This document shows, piece by piece, positions 12,646-29,200 of a DNA stretch of 64,000 nucleotides (position 1 is its first letter; the number at the start of each line of letters is the position of its first letter). The notes under the pieces were generated by a model. It had not been told where the DNA came from, did not search any database, and worked only from the letters and a program-made list of their open reading frames with translations. The DNA comes from the human T2T-CHM13v2.0 reference genome, Homo sapiens, in assembly GCF_009914755.1 (NCBI RefSeq), contig NC_060930.1. The stretch is one strand, 5' to 3'. Made by a program: the position numbers and the translations under genes.

Positions 12646-15600
12646 AGGGTGCTGCATTCTTATTATTCTTATTAATGGCAGTGTTTTCAAAGGCCAATTT
12701 TATCAGAATGTAAAAAGGATAAATAAGCAAATACCATTGGATAAACATTTGAATATATATGTATATAGTGTATATACGTATGTGGGCATGTAAGAGAAAG
12801 AGAAAGACAAAACAAGGTATGTTTTCTTTTACAATAAATACCATTACAAATGCATAAATCCAGTAAATGCAACTTTACACATTTGGAATTTTCTATCACT
12901 ACATTACACCATAAAAATAAATACGTTTTCCCCAGCCATACATAAAGTCAAATAGACATTCCTAGTTGTAAGACATTCCAATTATATCAATAATCTAACA
13001 AGCCACAAATAATCACATTTCTGCAATACGCCTTTTGACTAATTATCAATCAATCAGCTGTCGTTTCTCTCATCCAAACATGCTACTTTAAAAGGTGTGT
13101 ATTGAGAACGGTGTAAGATGTGCGTTTACTATAGCCATAGTAAATATAATGCTTTCGTTATAGCAATGCAAAATTTTCTGGCAAACTAGAGAAATGAATT
13201 GTTCACAAATTTAAAAATAAAGAAGTTTTCACAGCAAAGCCTTGAGGCTATGATAGAACAGGGGTTGCGTGAAAGGAGAGTCAGAGAACATGATTGAAAG
13301 CAAATAAGGTGAAGGGAAGTGAAGAGAGGTCAATTAGGTGGAAACACACCTATGGGAGGGGAGCCCTACAAAGAAAACTGTCCAAGTATATTTAGAAAAT
13401 TAGGCACACTGACTACTAAAGGGAATTTCCATCACTCAACTCTTCAGTTAAAGGGCAATCCCTGCCCATAGCCTATTTAACATCATTTTTCATGCAGGGC
13501 TACTGAAAGCCAATTCTCACCGTGTTACTGGTCTTCACAGAGCCAAGTTCTTCAGGGGCATCTGAGATAAAGATTTCTTCTGTAGAAATTACCAAAAGCA
13601 TGTGATAGCAAGAGAATTCCCCAAAACAGAAGAAAATAAAATACACAGAGAATACACCAAAACTAAATATTAATTAGATGTAAATGAAACATGAAAATAT
13701 TAGAATAATAGCTTCGGGTGACATTAGTATGCATTATCAAACTTACTAAATTGCTTTGTGTGCAATTATGCCTGGTCTAGTTGAAGAAATAAAATACTTT
13801 CTGCCAGCAGGTTAAATAATTAAAAGACATAATTAATGTTTTTATAGAACAAATACAAAATTCCCTAAAACACTAATAGAGTATGAAGATCATGAGGGAG
13901 GTAAATCTATCATTGTCCATAAGCATTTATTTTTAAATAGCTGAAACTTATTTTCTTTGACATCTCTTTAATGTCATTAAATTTTTGTCTTTTGAATTCA
14001 ACTCAGAAATATAGAAAGCTTAAGCCTTGGTTTATTGTTCATGTACATTACAGATAAAATTTGTGTCTAATTCTGGCTTACATTTTTGTCAGAGTCATTT
14101 TTTTTAAATTGCAGCAAATTTGGAAAATATAGAAAATTAAGAAGAAAAAAAAATTTACTTATAAGCCATTGATTGAGTCAGAGATGAGAGCCTTACTTTC
14201 CAATAATTACATATTTTTAAAACCATGATTTATAGTTGCTTCTCAATATTTTATTGTATTAAAAAATAGAATTGATTTAATACACAGCTTAAAAATGTTT
14301 TGTTGCATTTCAACACCATCCTTGCAATGTAAGTATGCCCATCTCTGATCGTTGTCATAAAAGAAATTCCTACAATTGAATTTACAGTCAAAGCTGTGCA
14401 TGTTTGAATATATATTGCAAATTGCTCTCCAGAAAATGTGTACTAATTTACATGGTCACCAGCAACATTTGAACATGCTCTTTTTAACACCTTACTAGTT
14501 TGCTTAATAAGATATCTTATATACTTATTGCTGCTATAGCTCCAAACTAAGTATATTTACACCTATACTTGGAATGGCAAATGCATCGCACATGCCACCC
14601 CACTCCTCACAGAAGGAGAGATTTCTAATCAAGCACAAACAAAATCATCTGCTGTTGAAATGGAGCTCACCTTCCAAATCCTTCCCAAGGTGACTGATTC
14701 TCTAGACAGCCACTCCCAATCAGTGTGAGTTGGTGCTAGGATGAAACTATTCACCATCCCTGGTATTTGAGTCCTCAGTACTTCTCATGTGAGCTGCTCC
14801 CACTCCATTGGGAGATGAAGCTGTGAGTTGATGCAGCATGAATCAAGCTGCGTTCACCCGCTGTCTGAACAACTTCCTCCCAATAGATCCCCACTACTTC
14901 ACCTGAAAACCCAGAGCTACATGGGACTTCAGGTTTTTCACTGCACTGCCCATTCAGACCTGGCCTCCTTCACTGGCGCTCCATGCCCAGCTCCATTTGT
15001 TTAGTTGACAACACTACCCCTGACTTAGTTACTATCACTACCAGCACTTGACCTTTTAGATAGAAATTAACTCTACCAGTTCACATTAGATATTATCTAG
15101 GATGAATGGCCTGATGTATTTATGTTTTAGGAAAGGATTCCAAGAACTCCTAGAAATAATAACTAATTACCAGATCTGTAATGTTTAGTCCCTGCTTGCG
15201 TGGGTCTGGGAGATGGGAATACAGTAAGTGCCTAAGCTGTCCCTCGTCTGACTTAAGAACCGTCCTCTACAGGACTGCTGTCTATCCGGTCTGCCCTCTC
15301 TGGAACTGACTATAAGGACTGTTTGTGTCTTCCTGCTTGAGGTACATCTCCTGGTTGAGACAGACAAGACAGACACACGTACAGGTATAATAGGCATATG
15401 ACTACACTACGTGTATCGTACTAACTGCATCCAACATATTTGTAAGTACTTATACACATGCAAGCATAATTACCCAATTATGAAGCATCCGTAATGAATA
15501 CCCTGGCATTAACTAGCAGTTCTTTCTTGTAAAAATAGGAAAAAAAAAAATAAACACACAACTCCTAGGGCTTAGGGATTATGGCCCAGGTCCTCTCTCT

Positions 15601-17869
15601 AGCAGATGCTTCTAGTTCTACAACGTCCTCTGGCTTCTCATCAGCTGTGAATCCCTTGAGGCTTTGCATGCCAGACAGTGCTGCTAGCGGATTCACGCCA
15701 GTCCAAGATGGGTCACTTTCTTATGTTGGTGGGAATATAGCTCTAGAGAGCATTTGATCTTTGTGCCATGGGCACCAGCCACTCTGCAACCTTGAGTATC
15801 TACGCAGTAACATCTCTCTCAACTTTTTCACGAATTCCTCAAGACTCTAGTTTAATTGCAAAAAGTTTGGAAGCTTCAGCTTCAGCCACGCCTTTCTCCA
15901 TTGTCCTAGAACTCCAGGAACTGCTTCTGTCCAAAGAGGTCATGAAGTAGGGAGGGCGTGGAGGGGAGGTGTTTTTTCGCACAGGCTCGCATAGTACCAG
16001 ACTGTGTTTGTGCTGCTAATGCCACTGCTTCCTGCTGTTGAAGTCGGGTCTGATGTTATCCACACACTTGTCAGCCCAGGATGATCCTACTGGTCCATAA
16101 GGCCCCTCCAGGGAGGAAAGCCCCATCTCTTGAGATGCTCACTCTGAGGTCTCAACAGTTAAGCCCAATTTCCTGGTGCTGGCAGGAGCTCCTTCTGGTT
16201 CCATGCAGAGCATTTCTCAGAGCAAAAGTGAGCCCTGGAAGGACAGGCCAACATCAGACATCAAGCCCTCACTCCACAGAGGTAATGCGAGCTTCTCTTT
16301 CCTCTCTAGTGACCATACTCCAAGAAGTAGAACATCTTTTCTTTTAAATCCTCAAAAGCTAAAGTATTTGGCTGCACACCTGTTCACAGTCAATTGAAAC
16401 AACTTGCCTTTCTCTTCCCTCCTAAGAAAAATCTATTCTCATCCCTAATAGGGGGTTTCAGTCCAGGCTACATGTCAAGGATCTGGCATTCTCTCTGTAA
16501 ATATAAGAAAAGTACAAATATAACCTTTGCAAGTGTGTCCCTTAGGTCAGTCACCCCACTACATTAGCATTAAATTTTAGTCTTTCAGATGCAAATGTAA
16601 TTGTTTCTATTATCTGTCGTTTTAGATAATTCACTCATTTGTTGCTCCCAAATTTGTAAAATATGGCCTCGTTAGAAGGTCTGTAAAGGTCTCCAGAGAA
16701 AACACATCCTGAAGAATTTCTTCTACGAATCACTGTGGTGCTGTTCTAAGAAGTGGTATCTTTTTGTCTGTAACCTCTCTGACTTGCGGTGACAGGAGTA
16801 GCAACTTCTTAGTCGAATAGCAGTTTTTCTCACTGGTATTTCTTAAAGCCACGTGCTATCAGATACCCACTTCCTGGCTGCAGGAGCTGAGGTTAAAAAT
16901 TGCAGCTCATCGCTTTATTTTTTGTTTGTCTTTGTTGTGTGTTGTTGTTGTTTACTCTTTCAACATCCCCTTCCCTCTTTCATATGAGCTGGAGATGAAT
17001 AACCTATTACCACGCAGTAGTTTCTGGAGTGGGGGCAGCACTGGCTGGCAGAGAGGAGCTGGGCTGCAGTTGCTCTCTGTTCCAGAGCCAGCAGGAGGAA
17101 TAAGGCCCTACTATCTTCCACCCTGTCCCTTCCGCTGTCCTCCCCTCTTCTTGGGGGTGGCAGCAGGTGTGAAGGAAAGAACTTTGGGAACAGCAAGCCA
17201 GCGATCGATGCATTCCAAAACAGAGTTTCCATGAGAATGCAGCCTCCTGAGGCAGGTACTGAAGTCCTAGGGACAACAGAAGTTCAGTGTCTATTGAATA
17301 AAGTTAGGATTGCGTGCATCTCAAAAATTCTCATTTTACAAACAGTAGTGTCTGCTGAGGCCTGCCTGTCTCTCCACAGATGTTTCCTGGGGAATTTGCT
17401 TGGTGTTTGACGTGAAAAAAATTGGAGTCTCACAGAAGCTCTCTGTGCACAGATCTTCTAATGAACAAGGCATGGCCAGGAGCCCCGGTCGATTGGAAGG
17501 CCACTGCTTCAGATACCAGCACACAGTGAAGTTTGCCAGGCGCAACATCAAACAATTGCTGTTAGGATCATAACAATATTCTAATATTGTTAGGATCTAG
17601 GGTGGAACATTTTTAAGTGGTATAAAGCAGGCTGCCCTGCCATCTTGTGGCTAACACAGAGAAGAATTTCCTGTTCAAAATGGATACAAACCTGATCTTT
17701 ATAGTTTGAGTGTCCATATTTCAAATGAAATGTTCCCAAGAATCAGAAGAGAGTGGCAGAGGCCTTCCACTTGGCCCAATTCAACCACCCCCATGGTGCT
17801 CATCAGACACTTACCTGGAACTCGCAGTAAAAATTCATGAGACACATTCTGTTCATCAGATGTACTGAT

Positions 17870-18800
17870 TCACATATTTCCAGTGTATATAGTTCAACAG
17901 CTTTTGACAAATGCAAACAAAAATGTGACCACCACTACAAATAACAGTTTCCTTCACCTCAAAAATTCCCCTCATGCCTTTGGCCATAAACTCTCACTCC
18001 CTGTGACAACACCCCTAACTTCTGGCACATTTTGTTTCCTGTATGACTGCTCTAGAATTTTCTATAAGTTGAATCATACAATATTTTCTCTTTGCTTCCT
18101 GACTTCCTTTACTCACCATAATGACTGTAAGATTTATCCATGTTGTTGTATCTTAAACGTTTATAATATTTCCTTGTATAGATACATCACAATCCTCATC
18201 CACTGAGGACATTTGGGTTGTTACAATTTGGGGCAAATATGAAAAAGTCATTCTGAATATTTGCGTATGAGTCTTTGTGAGGACATTCATTTTTCTTCAT
18301 TTCTGTTGGCAAATACCTATGAAGAAATTCACACGGTCATCTGAACATATACCTGTATATGATAACTTTTTACGAAGCTGCCACATCTTTTTCAAAGTGG
18401 TTATATCATTTTATATTCCCCCAGCAACGTACAACTATTCCTGTTGCACCTCATCCATGGCAACACTTGGTAATATCAGTCTATATCATTTTAGCTGATA
18501 AGTACGTGTGCTCTAATGTCTCACTCTCAGTTTAATTTGCATTCCCCTGGTTAATAATGAGAAGCACCATTTCATATGTGCATTGGCTCTATGTATATAT
18601 AATATATATTAAATTTATGTATACATGTGCCTGCAATATTACCTTTTATGAGGTTTGTTCAAATCCTTTGCCCGTTATTTAATTTGCTAAATTTTCTTGT
18701 TATTATTGATTTCTTGGACTTGTTTACATATTCTGAATATTAGTCCTTTGTGAGACATCTGTGTTGAGAGTCTTCTTCTCCCAGTCTGTAGATTGCCATT
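17870..18800 (-). mobile_element. Old L1M 3' fragment
   Basis: ggacatttgggttgttacaatttgggg...ttttcaaagtggtt...ttaatttgcattccc...cccagtctgtag. Confidence 0.7.
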
Positions 18801-18948
18801 TTATTTTAAACATTTAGGATTGTTATGTCATCTCTATGAACTGACTCCTTCATTGTTAGGAAATGCTTGTTATTAATTCCAGCAACAATCCTTATTTAAA
18901 ATTAGGTTTCATCTTATATTAACATGGCCACTCCCAGCTTTCTTTTTA

Positions 18949-20031
18949 TTTTTTTAATTATATTTTAAGTTCTAGGATACATGTGCACAACATGCAGGTT
19001 TGATACATAGGTATACATGTGCCATGTTGGTTTGCTGCACTCATCAACTCATCATTTACATTAGGTATTTCTCCTAATGCTATCCCTCCCCATGACAGGC
19101 CCTGATGTGTGATGTTCCCCTCCCTGTGTCCAAGTGTTTTCATTGTTCAGTTCCCAGCTATGAGTGAGAACATGTGGTGTTTGGTTTTCTGTCCTTGTGA
19201 GTTTGCTGAGAATGATGGTTTCCAGCTTTATCCGTGTCCCTGCAAAAGACATGAACTCATCTTTTTTATGGCTGTATAGTATTCCATGGTGTATATGTGC
19301 CACATTTTCTTAATCCAGTCTATTACTGATGGACATCTGGGTTGGTTCCAAGTCTTTGCTGTTGTGAATAATGCCGCAATAAACATACATGTGCATGTGT
19401 CTTTATAGTAGCATAATTTATAAGCCTTTGGGTATACACCCAGTAATGGGATTGCTGGATCAAATAGTAATTCTAGTTCTAGATCCTTGAGGAATCTCCA
19501 CACTGTCTTCCACAATGGTTGAACTAATTTACACTCCCACCAACAGTGTAAAAGCATTCCTATTTCTCCACATCCTCTCCAGCATCTGTTGTTTCCTGAC
19601 TTTTTAATGATTGCCATTCTAACTGGCGTGAGGTGGTATCTCATTATAGTTTAGGCAATACCATTCAGGACACAGGCATGGGCAAGGACTTCATGACTAA
19701 AACACCAAAAGCAATGGCAACAAAAGCCAAAATAGACAAATGGGTTCTAATTAAACTAAAGAGCTTCTGCACAGCAAAAGAAACTACCATCAGCGTGAAC
19801 AGGCAACCTACAGAATGGGAGAAAATCTTTGCAATCTACCCATCTGACAAAAGGCTAATATCCAGAATTTACAAAGAACTCAAACAAATTTACAAGAAAA
19901 AAACAAACAACCCCATCAGAAAGTGGGCAAAGGATATGAACAGACACTTCTCAAAAGAAGACATTTATGCAGCCAACAGACACATGAAAAAATGCTCATC
20001 ATCACTGGCCATCAGAGAAATGCAAATCAAA
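18949..20031 (-). mobile_element. L1PA (about PA5-7) insertion with 5' inversion (twin priming) and 17-bp TSD
   Basis: 18949-19651 is the minus-strand L1 3' end ([27 protein letters not shown]...); 19652-20031 is plus-strand ORF2 ([21 protein letters not shown]...); TSD tcccagctttcttttta at 18932-18948 and 20032-20048. Confidence 0.95.
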
Positions 20032-20049
20032 TCCCAGCTTTCTTTTTAA

Positions 20050-22480
<2,431 letters not shown>

Positions 22481-22521
22481 CCCCCAGAAGTTATCTTTTA
22501 ATATTCAGTGAAAATCATTGT

Positions 22522-22730
22522 GTATTAGCTCCCTGTGGCACTGCAATGAATTTCCACAATCTTAGTTTAAAACAATGAAAATTGACTACCTACTGGTTCT
22601 GCAAGCCAGAGTCTGACACGAAGGAGCTGGCAAGCCTATATTCCTGCGGAGGCTTCAAGGGGGATTCTCTTATTTGCCCCTTCGAGCTTCTGGGGTATAT
22701 TGGCCTTCCTTGACTTGTGCCTGCCTCACA
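22522..22730 (-). mobile_element. MLT1 LTR fragment
   Basis: tgtattag..ccctgtggc..ctgcaa..aatttccacaa.cttag.ttaaaacaa...gttctg resembles the reverse-complement MLT1 terminus. Confidence 0.5.
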
Positions 22731-23539
22731 TGGGGAAAGTTCTGAAAACCAGAATTTTCCACTTAGATTCCAGTCTAACCTCCTAATTTAAAAATATGAA
22801 TATTGAAGCCCAAAAATATGAAGTAGACATTCTCATTTGGAAAGCAGATGAAATGCACAGATTCCCAAACCATACCATCAGAAACTCTGATTCAGTAACT
22901 TTGGACTAAGACGGGGGAATCTGAATTTTCCAAAATCCAAAAAAGATCCTGATGCAAGCAGCCAGTGAATCACACTGAGAAAGAGCATTCAAAGAGCTCT
23001 CACCTGGTCAACAAACAAGGTAAACAACCAAGTCCACAAACCAAAGGAACAAGATACAACCTCCAAGTAAAGAGCTTGTTAAACCTGCAAGTTCACTACC
23101 AATTCTTCTAGATTTTGCTACATTTTTTCGATTCCAAGAGCAGGAAATGATACAATGTTTTTTATAATACTTAATTCTAGCCTCTCTGGCAACATTATCG
23201 TTAGCGGTTTTGCTTGAATTCATACTGAGATGGACCCCGCCTTCTCTAAAGCTTGACTCCCCAGCAAGCTGATAAAATGGGAAGTCACTGGCCCGTATTT
23301 GAGGGTCTTTTGAACCTATAAACTCACCAAGAAATGAGGAAACTCTAGTTACAAGCTGGTGAGCACTTTCTTTGTGAAAATTGCCATCTGTAGGCTGATG
23401 AGGTTCTCTGAAATATCAACACACTCCTAGGTTCCCTACTGACGACAACTATAAAGTTGTCCCCAACACTTATTCTGGTCAGGGGCTTCACAGGGCATAT
23501 GTTCAGATATTCTAATGGCTTTAAAGAGAGGAAAGTTGG

Positions 23540-23880
<341 letters not shown>

Positions 23881-24570
23881 TCATTGCATTGCAGCCTTGG
23901 AAATCAACTCTAGAGAGACATATGACATTTGAGAATGTAGTAGACTCATAGTCCTAGAGACAGAGGCAGGGCACAATACCTAGGAAGAACTCCAGGGAGA
24001 GACCTTGACCAAGCAGGTGGGAAACTGAGAGAGTATGGACCAGTGCATAAGGGTATTTAATGGGGGGCAGGGTGGAGCACACAAGCAAAAGGCTTGAAGG
24101 GATTTTACTGGTGTGTTTGAGTGTCACTAGGTCACAACCAGGGGAGGACAGGATGGGAAGGCTGTGATGGTGACCAGCCTTGTCCCACTGGTGCACCTGG
24201 TCTCCTGGGCCCGCTGCTTACAGCTTGCTTGTGGTGATGTTGAGGCATCAGGAAAATAGACGATTTTAAAATCTACAGTACAAGAGGAGACAAATAAAAT
24301 GTTCTTAATTCAGTAACTTGTCCTTCTTGAAATCTTATTTTTTGTTTTGTATTCCATAGATCAATAGAAAACAAGGGTGGGGGAGGGGGAGAAAAGTGGT
24401 ATGCAATGATGTTTAAAATGGTTAAAGTATAATATCTATGTGAAAGTTTAAATGACTGACATTTTGAGCCAAGGAGCAGCTGGAAAATGATTTTTGCCTG
24501 TGTGTCCTCAGAGCCAAAAACCATCAGTCAATTTAATCAATCTAAATGAATTTTCAAAAGTCAAACTTGT

Positions 24571-24932
24571 TGTATTAGTCTGTTCTCACACTGCTATGAA
24601 GAAATACCCTAGAATGGGTAATTTATAAAGAAAAGAGGTTTAATTGACTCACAGTTCTGCATGGCTGGGGAGGCCTCAGGAAACTTACAATCATGGCAGA
24701 AGGTGCCTCTTCACAGGGTGGCAAGAGAGAGAATGAATACAAGCAGAGGAAATGCCAGTTGCTTATAAAACCATCAGATCTTCTGAGAACTCACTCACTA
24801 TCATGAGAACAGCATGGGGGAACCACCCTCCCTGATTCAGTTACCTCCACCTGGTCCCCCTTGACACATGGCAATTATGTGGATTACAAATCAAGATGAG
24901 ATTTAGGTGGGGACACAAAGCCTAACCGTATC
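24571..24932 (-). mobile_element. THE1D-like solo LTR
   Basis: tgtattagtctgttctcacactgct...ggggaggcctcaggaaacttacaatcatggcagaagg...ggggacacaaagcctaaccgtatc. Confidence 0.9.
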
Positions 24933-26299
24933 TCCCCTTAAAGGGAAAACCCCAGTGAATACTAAAGTTTCTATTTGAACAGGTTAAATATTATAAAAAC
25001 ACAAAAAAACTAACATTAAAAGATGAATGTGCAGAGTGATGTAAGAAATCTTTCTTTTATCCATTGAAGAAAATGAAAAATATACAAAAATTTGGTTTGA
25101 AATCTTGTCATTTACATTTGAATCTAAAGAAGGTAATGTGGACTAAGCCATATTCATCACAGTGTGTAGCATATAGAAGGGTCTTAACTATTTGAACAAC
25201 TCTATTGGGATAGACATGTTTTTCTGGAATGGACTCAGCTTTTAATAAAACTGTTTTATTATTATTATTACAGAATAAATGATGTAAAGAATCCATGAAT
25301 ATTAAAATAAGTTGCTGGGTGAAATTTAATATTTCTGCTGAATTCCCTAAACTCCTAACCTGACAAAATTAATAGCAATAAATGTACCAACTCACTTATA
25401 TAAATATGTACTGCATTTCATTTACACGTGAGACTTAAGCCAATTTAAATAAAAATACATTGATTTGTCAAAAGTAAACAATAACTTAGGGGAAAACTTT
25501 TATCAAAAGTGTCATGTAGTTTACAGACATCTCATTATCTTCTATGGATACTCAATTTCTCTTAAATCCTCTGTTCTGTTCCACCCCAAGCAGTTACTTT
25601 TATTATCCATTATCTCCATTTGTGTCACTTCAGTAGGTCACCACAAATGTATCACAGGCGAATTGAACAGAAATATTCATCTGAGATGAATATTTCACCC
25701 TTTCACTATAATGATTTCTTTTTATCAAGTGAAGTGTCTCCATAGAAAGTCTTGAGTGAAAAATGGTAAGTGTAAATGGAATGCAAAATGGAAAATACTT
25801 TCAGCTATTTTTAAATGACTGGATATGAAAATAAAAACATCAAGCTGGAAGCAGGGGGTAGGCAGCATGGTTGGTGTATGTGGGAATGGCACAGAAGAGT
25901 AAGCCCAAAAGAGCCACTATGGAAGCAGCTACAACCTACAGTTCTGCAGTGATGTTTCGCAGGAGCAGATCAACCCAACCTGTGGATCCCAAGGGACACA
26001 CTTGCCTGAGCTTTTCATTGATGTGTCCCCCTGAATTCCTAAGGGCTGTTACAAAAGCCTGAGAAGAGGTTCTGGAGGCTTCATATTCATCAAGAATACA
26101 AGCAATTCTCAACAAATCAGAAATCTGTAAGTAAACAGAATTCCAAATCAATGCTAGATAATATTTAGACTTTTGCATGATGCAAATGGCTTGTCAAGAT
26201 TTTCCAACACCTCAAGAATGTCTTTGTATAAATTACTTACTCTTTTGACAAAGTATATCAGAAGCCATTAGTGCAGATTTAACACTGGCTATATGACAT

Positions 26300-28140
26300 A
26301 AGGAAGGAGGTCCTCTTCTACCTAGGATGCAGAAAACCTGGAAAGTGTTCCTGCCATCCTAGCTAAGAAATAAAGCTAGGTAACTTCCAAATGTAACTTT
26401 TTTCTTAACCCATCACAGAGCTAGTTCACAGAGCAAGTAAGTAGCCTAAAATCGAAGAAACCACATGGCTCTCCAAGGACAGGTGAGATAGAGTACTGAC
26501 TCACCTGTAGCAGAGCACAGGAAGAAGTGATGCTGGAAACCACACTAGCAGACAGGAAAAATTCAGCAAAAAATTGTAAATGTTCCTAACAGTCGTGTGT
26601 GGGCAGGCATGAGATCACAGAGCCTCCAGAAGCCATGGACACAAGAGGAGGTAACACTGACTCAAACACTTTTCTTTACATATTTCCACTAGGTGCTCAC
26701 AGAAAGGCTTCGGGTAGGGTTGGTTGCCAAAGAAGACCCTCTGCAGTGGTACAGCCTTGAGGAGGGGTTGGTTTACTCTTGCAAAAAGGCACAAAGTAGC
26801 TCCTGGACTTTTCTTTCCTATGAAAAAAAGGCTTTATGCCATTAGCGGAGGAGAAAAACGAGTCACATCCAATATATTTATGATGATCCATTGCAGCTGG
26901 GGAAAGTGTAAAAGAAAAAAGTCCTCTATCATGGGAAAAGTGAAGAAAAAACTCCTGGGTCCAATACCCTAAGCCAATACAATGGATGTCTTCTATCATT
27001 GGAGGAGAAAAAGAAAATTCCTTTCATACAAGACCTTCCACAGTCACTGAGAAAGACCTCCAAAACATAAGGCATGCCTAAGGCTGAGGCTAATCCAGGA
27101 CAATAAGGGGATGCCCCTCTCCTATCTCTATCACCAGGCTAGCAAGCACTGAGAAACAAATGACACAGTCTATCCCTGAAACAGGGACAAGAGAATGGAG
27201 AGAGATATTTATCTATTCCAAAAAGATATATTTAAGCCCTAACGCCAGTACATTTGAATGTGACCTCACTCAGAAATAGGATCTTTGGAGATGTGATCAA
27301 GTTGAGGTTACTGCATTCAAATGGGCTCTAATCCAATGACTGGTGTCTGTCTAAGATGGGAAAAATTTGGATGCAGACACAGAGTGAAGCACATCTTGTG
27401 AGGACACAGAGACATAGAAGACAGCCACGTGAAGGTGGAGACAGAGACTGGGACAATGCTTCCACAGGCCAAGGAATGCCTGGGGCTATAAGAAGCTAGA
27501 GGAGGCACAGAGGGTTCTTCCTTGGAGATGTGGAAGAAACATGGCTGTGCTGACACCTTGATTTCAAACATTTAGTCTCCAGAACTGGGAGAGAATAAAT
27601 TTCTGTTGTTGTAAGCTACCACTTTGTGGTAATTTTTTACAGTAGCCATGGGAAACTAGTAACACCCTTCCCCTGACACATATAAGACATAAGTATAAAG
27701 GAAAGACTGAAAGCTGATGATGGGGAAGAAACACTGAGAAAAGCCCTTCAGCATACCAACCACCACCATAAACACAAGGTAACGTAGAGGAATTTGAAGC
27801 CAGTGGTGCAGTGAATGTAACCAGAACCATAACAAAATGTAAATCCAGCTTAGCCACTGGCTACATTGACTCCAGGGCCCATACTAAAAGCCTTTTAGAT
27901 GAAAAGGATGGACCATTTACAAGCATCAATACCATTTACCTCAGTCTTTAGTGGTCTACAAATGATGTTCAGCATTTAATCAAAAATTAGAGGACACACA
28001 TTCAAGCTTTAACATATCATCTTCAAACTGCTGAAAATCAGAAATAAATCTTAAAGGCTACCAGAAAAAAGGACTCATGACCTACAGAAGAACAACAAGA
28101 ATTACGAAAGATTTCTTATCAGAAACTATGCATAGTAGAA
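26300..28140 (+). mobile_element. Degraded L1M 5'UTR/ORF1 remnants, split by an MLT1
   Basis: 28010-28140 catatcatcttcaaactgctgaaaatca...gatttcttatcagaaactatg is an ORF1-like remnant; the upstream part is weakly supported. Confidence 0.4.
27210..27664 (+). mobile_element. MLT1C-like LTR
   Basis: gaatgtgacct...aaatagg.tcttt...ctaatccaatgactggtgtc...ccaaggaatgcc...ccagaactg.gagagaataaatttctgttgtt..aagc.acc...ggaaacta. Confidence 0.85.
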
Positions 28141-28934
28141 TATGATGTCTTTTTTGCCATATCATCCTTATTTCAATTATTTATCATTGTTGTTCTTGCT
28201 CTCAGATTGTCTCCCAAATATCTATAAATTTCATCATGCATTGAACATTGAGCGTTTTTCTCTCTTGGCCCTTTCACATAAAATGTGTATGCCATTTCAA
28301 CTTTTAAGATTCATGACACCTAAACAACAGACTATTTCATTCTGCCTCACGTTCTCCACATGTGTATTCTCCACAGGCACTAATACAGTGCTTTACACAT
28401 AGTAGACATCAGTAAATGTGTCTGGAGTTTAATTGAAATTGTTCTTGTCTTATATTGATTGACTTTTATTTCATCCCAATATTTTTCCTTCCTTAGTCAA
28501 TCTTTTCATAGTATTTAATCATATTCAATGTATGTTCATTTTCACTTAGATTACTGAAGTCATCTAAGAAAGTTCTGCAACATGTTGTTTAATTAGAAAA
28601 TATTCTAGTTTTTTTAATCAATCAAATTTGCTGAGGTTTACCTTTTTACTAGGAAAAAATAAGTTGCACATTTCAATATATTTTGTTCAATTATGGGGTT
28701 TTGCATGAAGAGTTTGTAATTAAGCTATACTAGAAAATAAAAACCTAACTAACCATTTCAGAAAATTTTATCTGAAGCGTCTGCATTTTGGCACCCTCTT
28801 AAGTCCATGCACTAGAGGACTAATTGTTGATAAGTTACAGAATTTTTTTTAATTTGGTTTGATCAAGGTTACAAGATTATTTCAACTTAAAGAGTGTTAT
28901 TATAAATAATGAACACCCATACTTTGACAACTAA

Positions 28935-29200
28935 TTCATTCCTTTATCAAATATTTATTAAATACCACATTGTCACATGCCAGGTACACACCAAGGCATT
29001 TGAAATACATCAGCAAGTAAAACAAACAAACAAACAAACAAAGCATGTTCTCAAGAAGCTTACATTCTAGCAGAAAGAAGGTAGAAAATAAGCAGGTAAA
29101 TTATATAGTGTGTTGGGAGATGATAAATACTCAAGGGAAAGAAAATAAAGCAAGAGAAAGCGGATGAGAGGAGGAAGGTCACATAGCAGAATGAAAATGG
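28935..29200 (-). mobile_element. L2 3' fragment
   Basis: ttcattcctttatcaaatatttattaaatacc...tgccagg...ctcaagaagcttacattctag. Confidence 0.65.

Noticed and set aside
15565-15720. Protein-looking minus-strand frame (ESDPSWTGVNPLAALSGMQSLKGFTADEKPEDVVELEAS...)
   Set aside because: Only about 50 codons, bounded by stops, with no clear splice sites and no family recognised.
19228-20049. Two 138-aa ORFs as genes
   Set aside because: Both are L1 ORF2 C-terminal fragments of the inverted L1 insertion.
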